IMG/VR virus record: IMGVR_UViG_3300006931_000029
Coordinates: 1-64,000 of that record
Length of the DNA: 64,000 bases
Direction: 5' to 3' (one strand)
The notes beneath the pieces were generated by a model, which saw nothing but the letters and a program-made list of their open reading frames with translations, was not told the origin of the DNA and ran no database searches. The position numbers and the translations under genes were made by a program. This document shows, in pieces, positions 62,928-64,000 of the stretch; position 1 is the first letter of the stretch; every line of letters starts with the position of its first letter.

Positions 62928-63563
62928 TCACGCATTTTGTTCAACTGGCCGAACGCCGTGAATTCCCTGCTTCAGGACATACCAGTAGAGTTTTCCTTCG
63001 AGTCGAATCTGGTTGGCGCGGCTCTTGTCGACGTAAATTTTGTCGCCGATCTTGATTTGGGCGAGCACCGGGTCTTCGCTCGATGGCAGAAGATTTCCGA
63101 TTTGCACGACCTCAAACTCTGGAGGTGGAATGGCCGAATCCGGCAGATAGAGACCGCCGATCATGTCGATCTTGATGTCACGAACGAGCACCCAGTCGCC
63201 GAGCACATGAAAATTTTCAAGCGTGATCTGCGGAGAATCCAGCTTCGCGAATGCGTCTCCTTGATGCATGATCATCACGGGCTGACGACGGTCACCTTCA
63301 CCGACAAAATGGGTCACGCCCATTTCGAACATCTTGTTGCATTGGTAGATGACGATGTCGCCGACCTTGACGGCAATTTCGACCGTGTCTCCGATGGACG
63401 CAACTCGGCCAAGCCGATGGACTTGGTTGGCATTGGAGGGCATCAGGATGATGCCAGTCGCTTCTTCCTGCACAGCGGTGAGAGCGACTCGGTGTTTGAC
63501 TGGACGCACGCAGCTTCTCAGGTCAATCTCTGCGGGTTTGAAAGGGACGACGTTGGAACTCAT
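62928..63563 (-). CDS. Tandem GroES-like co-chaperonin
   Basis: Two repeats: RP..HRV..GIILMP..V.SIG..VKVGD and LGDWVLV..GGLYLP..VVQIG..IKIGD. Confidence 0.8.
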   Translation of the reverse strand: MSSNVVPFKPAEIDLRSCVRPVKHRVALTAVQEEATGIILMPSNANQVHRLGRVASIGDTVEIAVKVGDIVIYQCNKMFEMGVTHFVGEGDRRQPVMIMHQGDAFAKLDSPQITLENFHVLGDWVLVRDIKIDMIGGLYLPDSAIPPPEFEVVQIGNLLPSSEDPVLAQIKIGDKIYVDKSRANQIRLEGKLYWYVLKQGIHGVRPVEQNA

Positions 63564-63589
63564 TCTGAACCTGAGAACGTATTTACTAC

Positions 63590-63916
63590 ATGCCGCACAG
63601 TATCGTCAAGAAACTTCTTGGGGAAGCAAGTCAAGATGCGCGATTCGACGTCAACGCTCGAATCGAAATCTGGGTCACTATTTCGGACCTCGAGTACGAT
63701 CGGCGGATTCAGGCCCTTCAGCAAGACCCGCGTCCAGTGGAGGCTAAAATCGTTGACGCAAAGAAGATTGCCCTGCAGGTCGCTCACGACAAGGTCAATG
63801 AGAAATCTACGGGAGACTTTGACATCACAGCTGACATCAGCATGGAGTCGATGAATGTCAATCGGATCGATTGGGTCGCGCTGGTCAGTCCTCCTCCGCC
63901 TGAGGACGAGGGTTAA
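63590..63916 (+). CDS. Hypothetical protein
   Basis: TATTTA just upstream of the ATG. Confidence 0.55.
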   Translation: MPHSIVKKLLGEASQDARFDVNARIEIWVTISDLEYDRRIQALQQDPRPVEAKIVDAKKIALQVAHDKVNEKSTGDFDITADISMESMNVNRIDWVALVSPPPPEDEG

Positions 63917-64000
63917 AGTCCGTCTAGCAATCGCTCCAGCGAGTTAATTGAGCTGAACGGCTTTCGCTGTTCGAACGTCTTTACGGCTGCTTTTGCGTCG

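Noticed and set aside
62937-63854. 305-aa + strand ORF and similar long antisense ORFs elsewhere
   Set aside because: Shadow frames of well-supported opposite-strand genes.
1-64000. Alternative genetic code or amber suppressor tRNA
   Set aside because: Recognisable genes are full length and end at TAG, TGA and TAA; no 7-nt loop with a CUA, UCA or UUA anticodon was found.

Overview
The window is part of a large T4-like (jumbo myovirus-type) phage genome in the standard genetic code. The host cannot be fixed from sequence. 1-52 kb holds virion genes: gp9/10-, gp13-, gp6-, gp25- and gp20-like proteins, a 2130-aa adhesin-like protein and collagen fibres. It also holds DNA metabolism genes (DinG- and UvsW-like helicases, RuvC-like resolvase, gp47-like nuclease, minimal ligase) and a nucleotide-modification/glycosylation set (ThyA-like enzyme, dCMP deaminase, NMP kinase, several glycosyltransferases, FkbM methyltransferase). 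52.5-62.9 kb is one minus-strand 'translation-rescue' island. In transcription order it has a tmRNA, a 48-codon leader peptide with all 20 amino acids and 40 different codons coupled to a terminator/antiterminator pair, and 41 tRNAs covering all 20 amino acids. 36 of the 41 have a remodelled A18/G55 elbow. The island also has eight Y-RNA-like modules in four architectures (three grafted into the anticodon arm of CCA-ended tRNA bodies), a ~206-nt RNase P-like RNA lacking most of the specificity domain, many other tRNA-mimic or structured RNAs, and a terminal Ro60/TROVE gene. The best candidate new system is a pan-codon, ribosome-sensing attenuator that would switch on a replacement tRNA/Y-RNA/Ro60 kit when host tRNAs fail. 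All RNA folds and coordinates were derived by hand, and protein calls rest on recognised motifs, not database searches.
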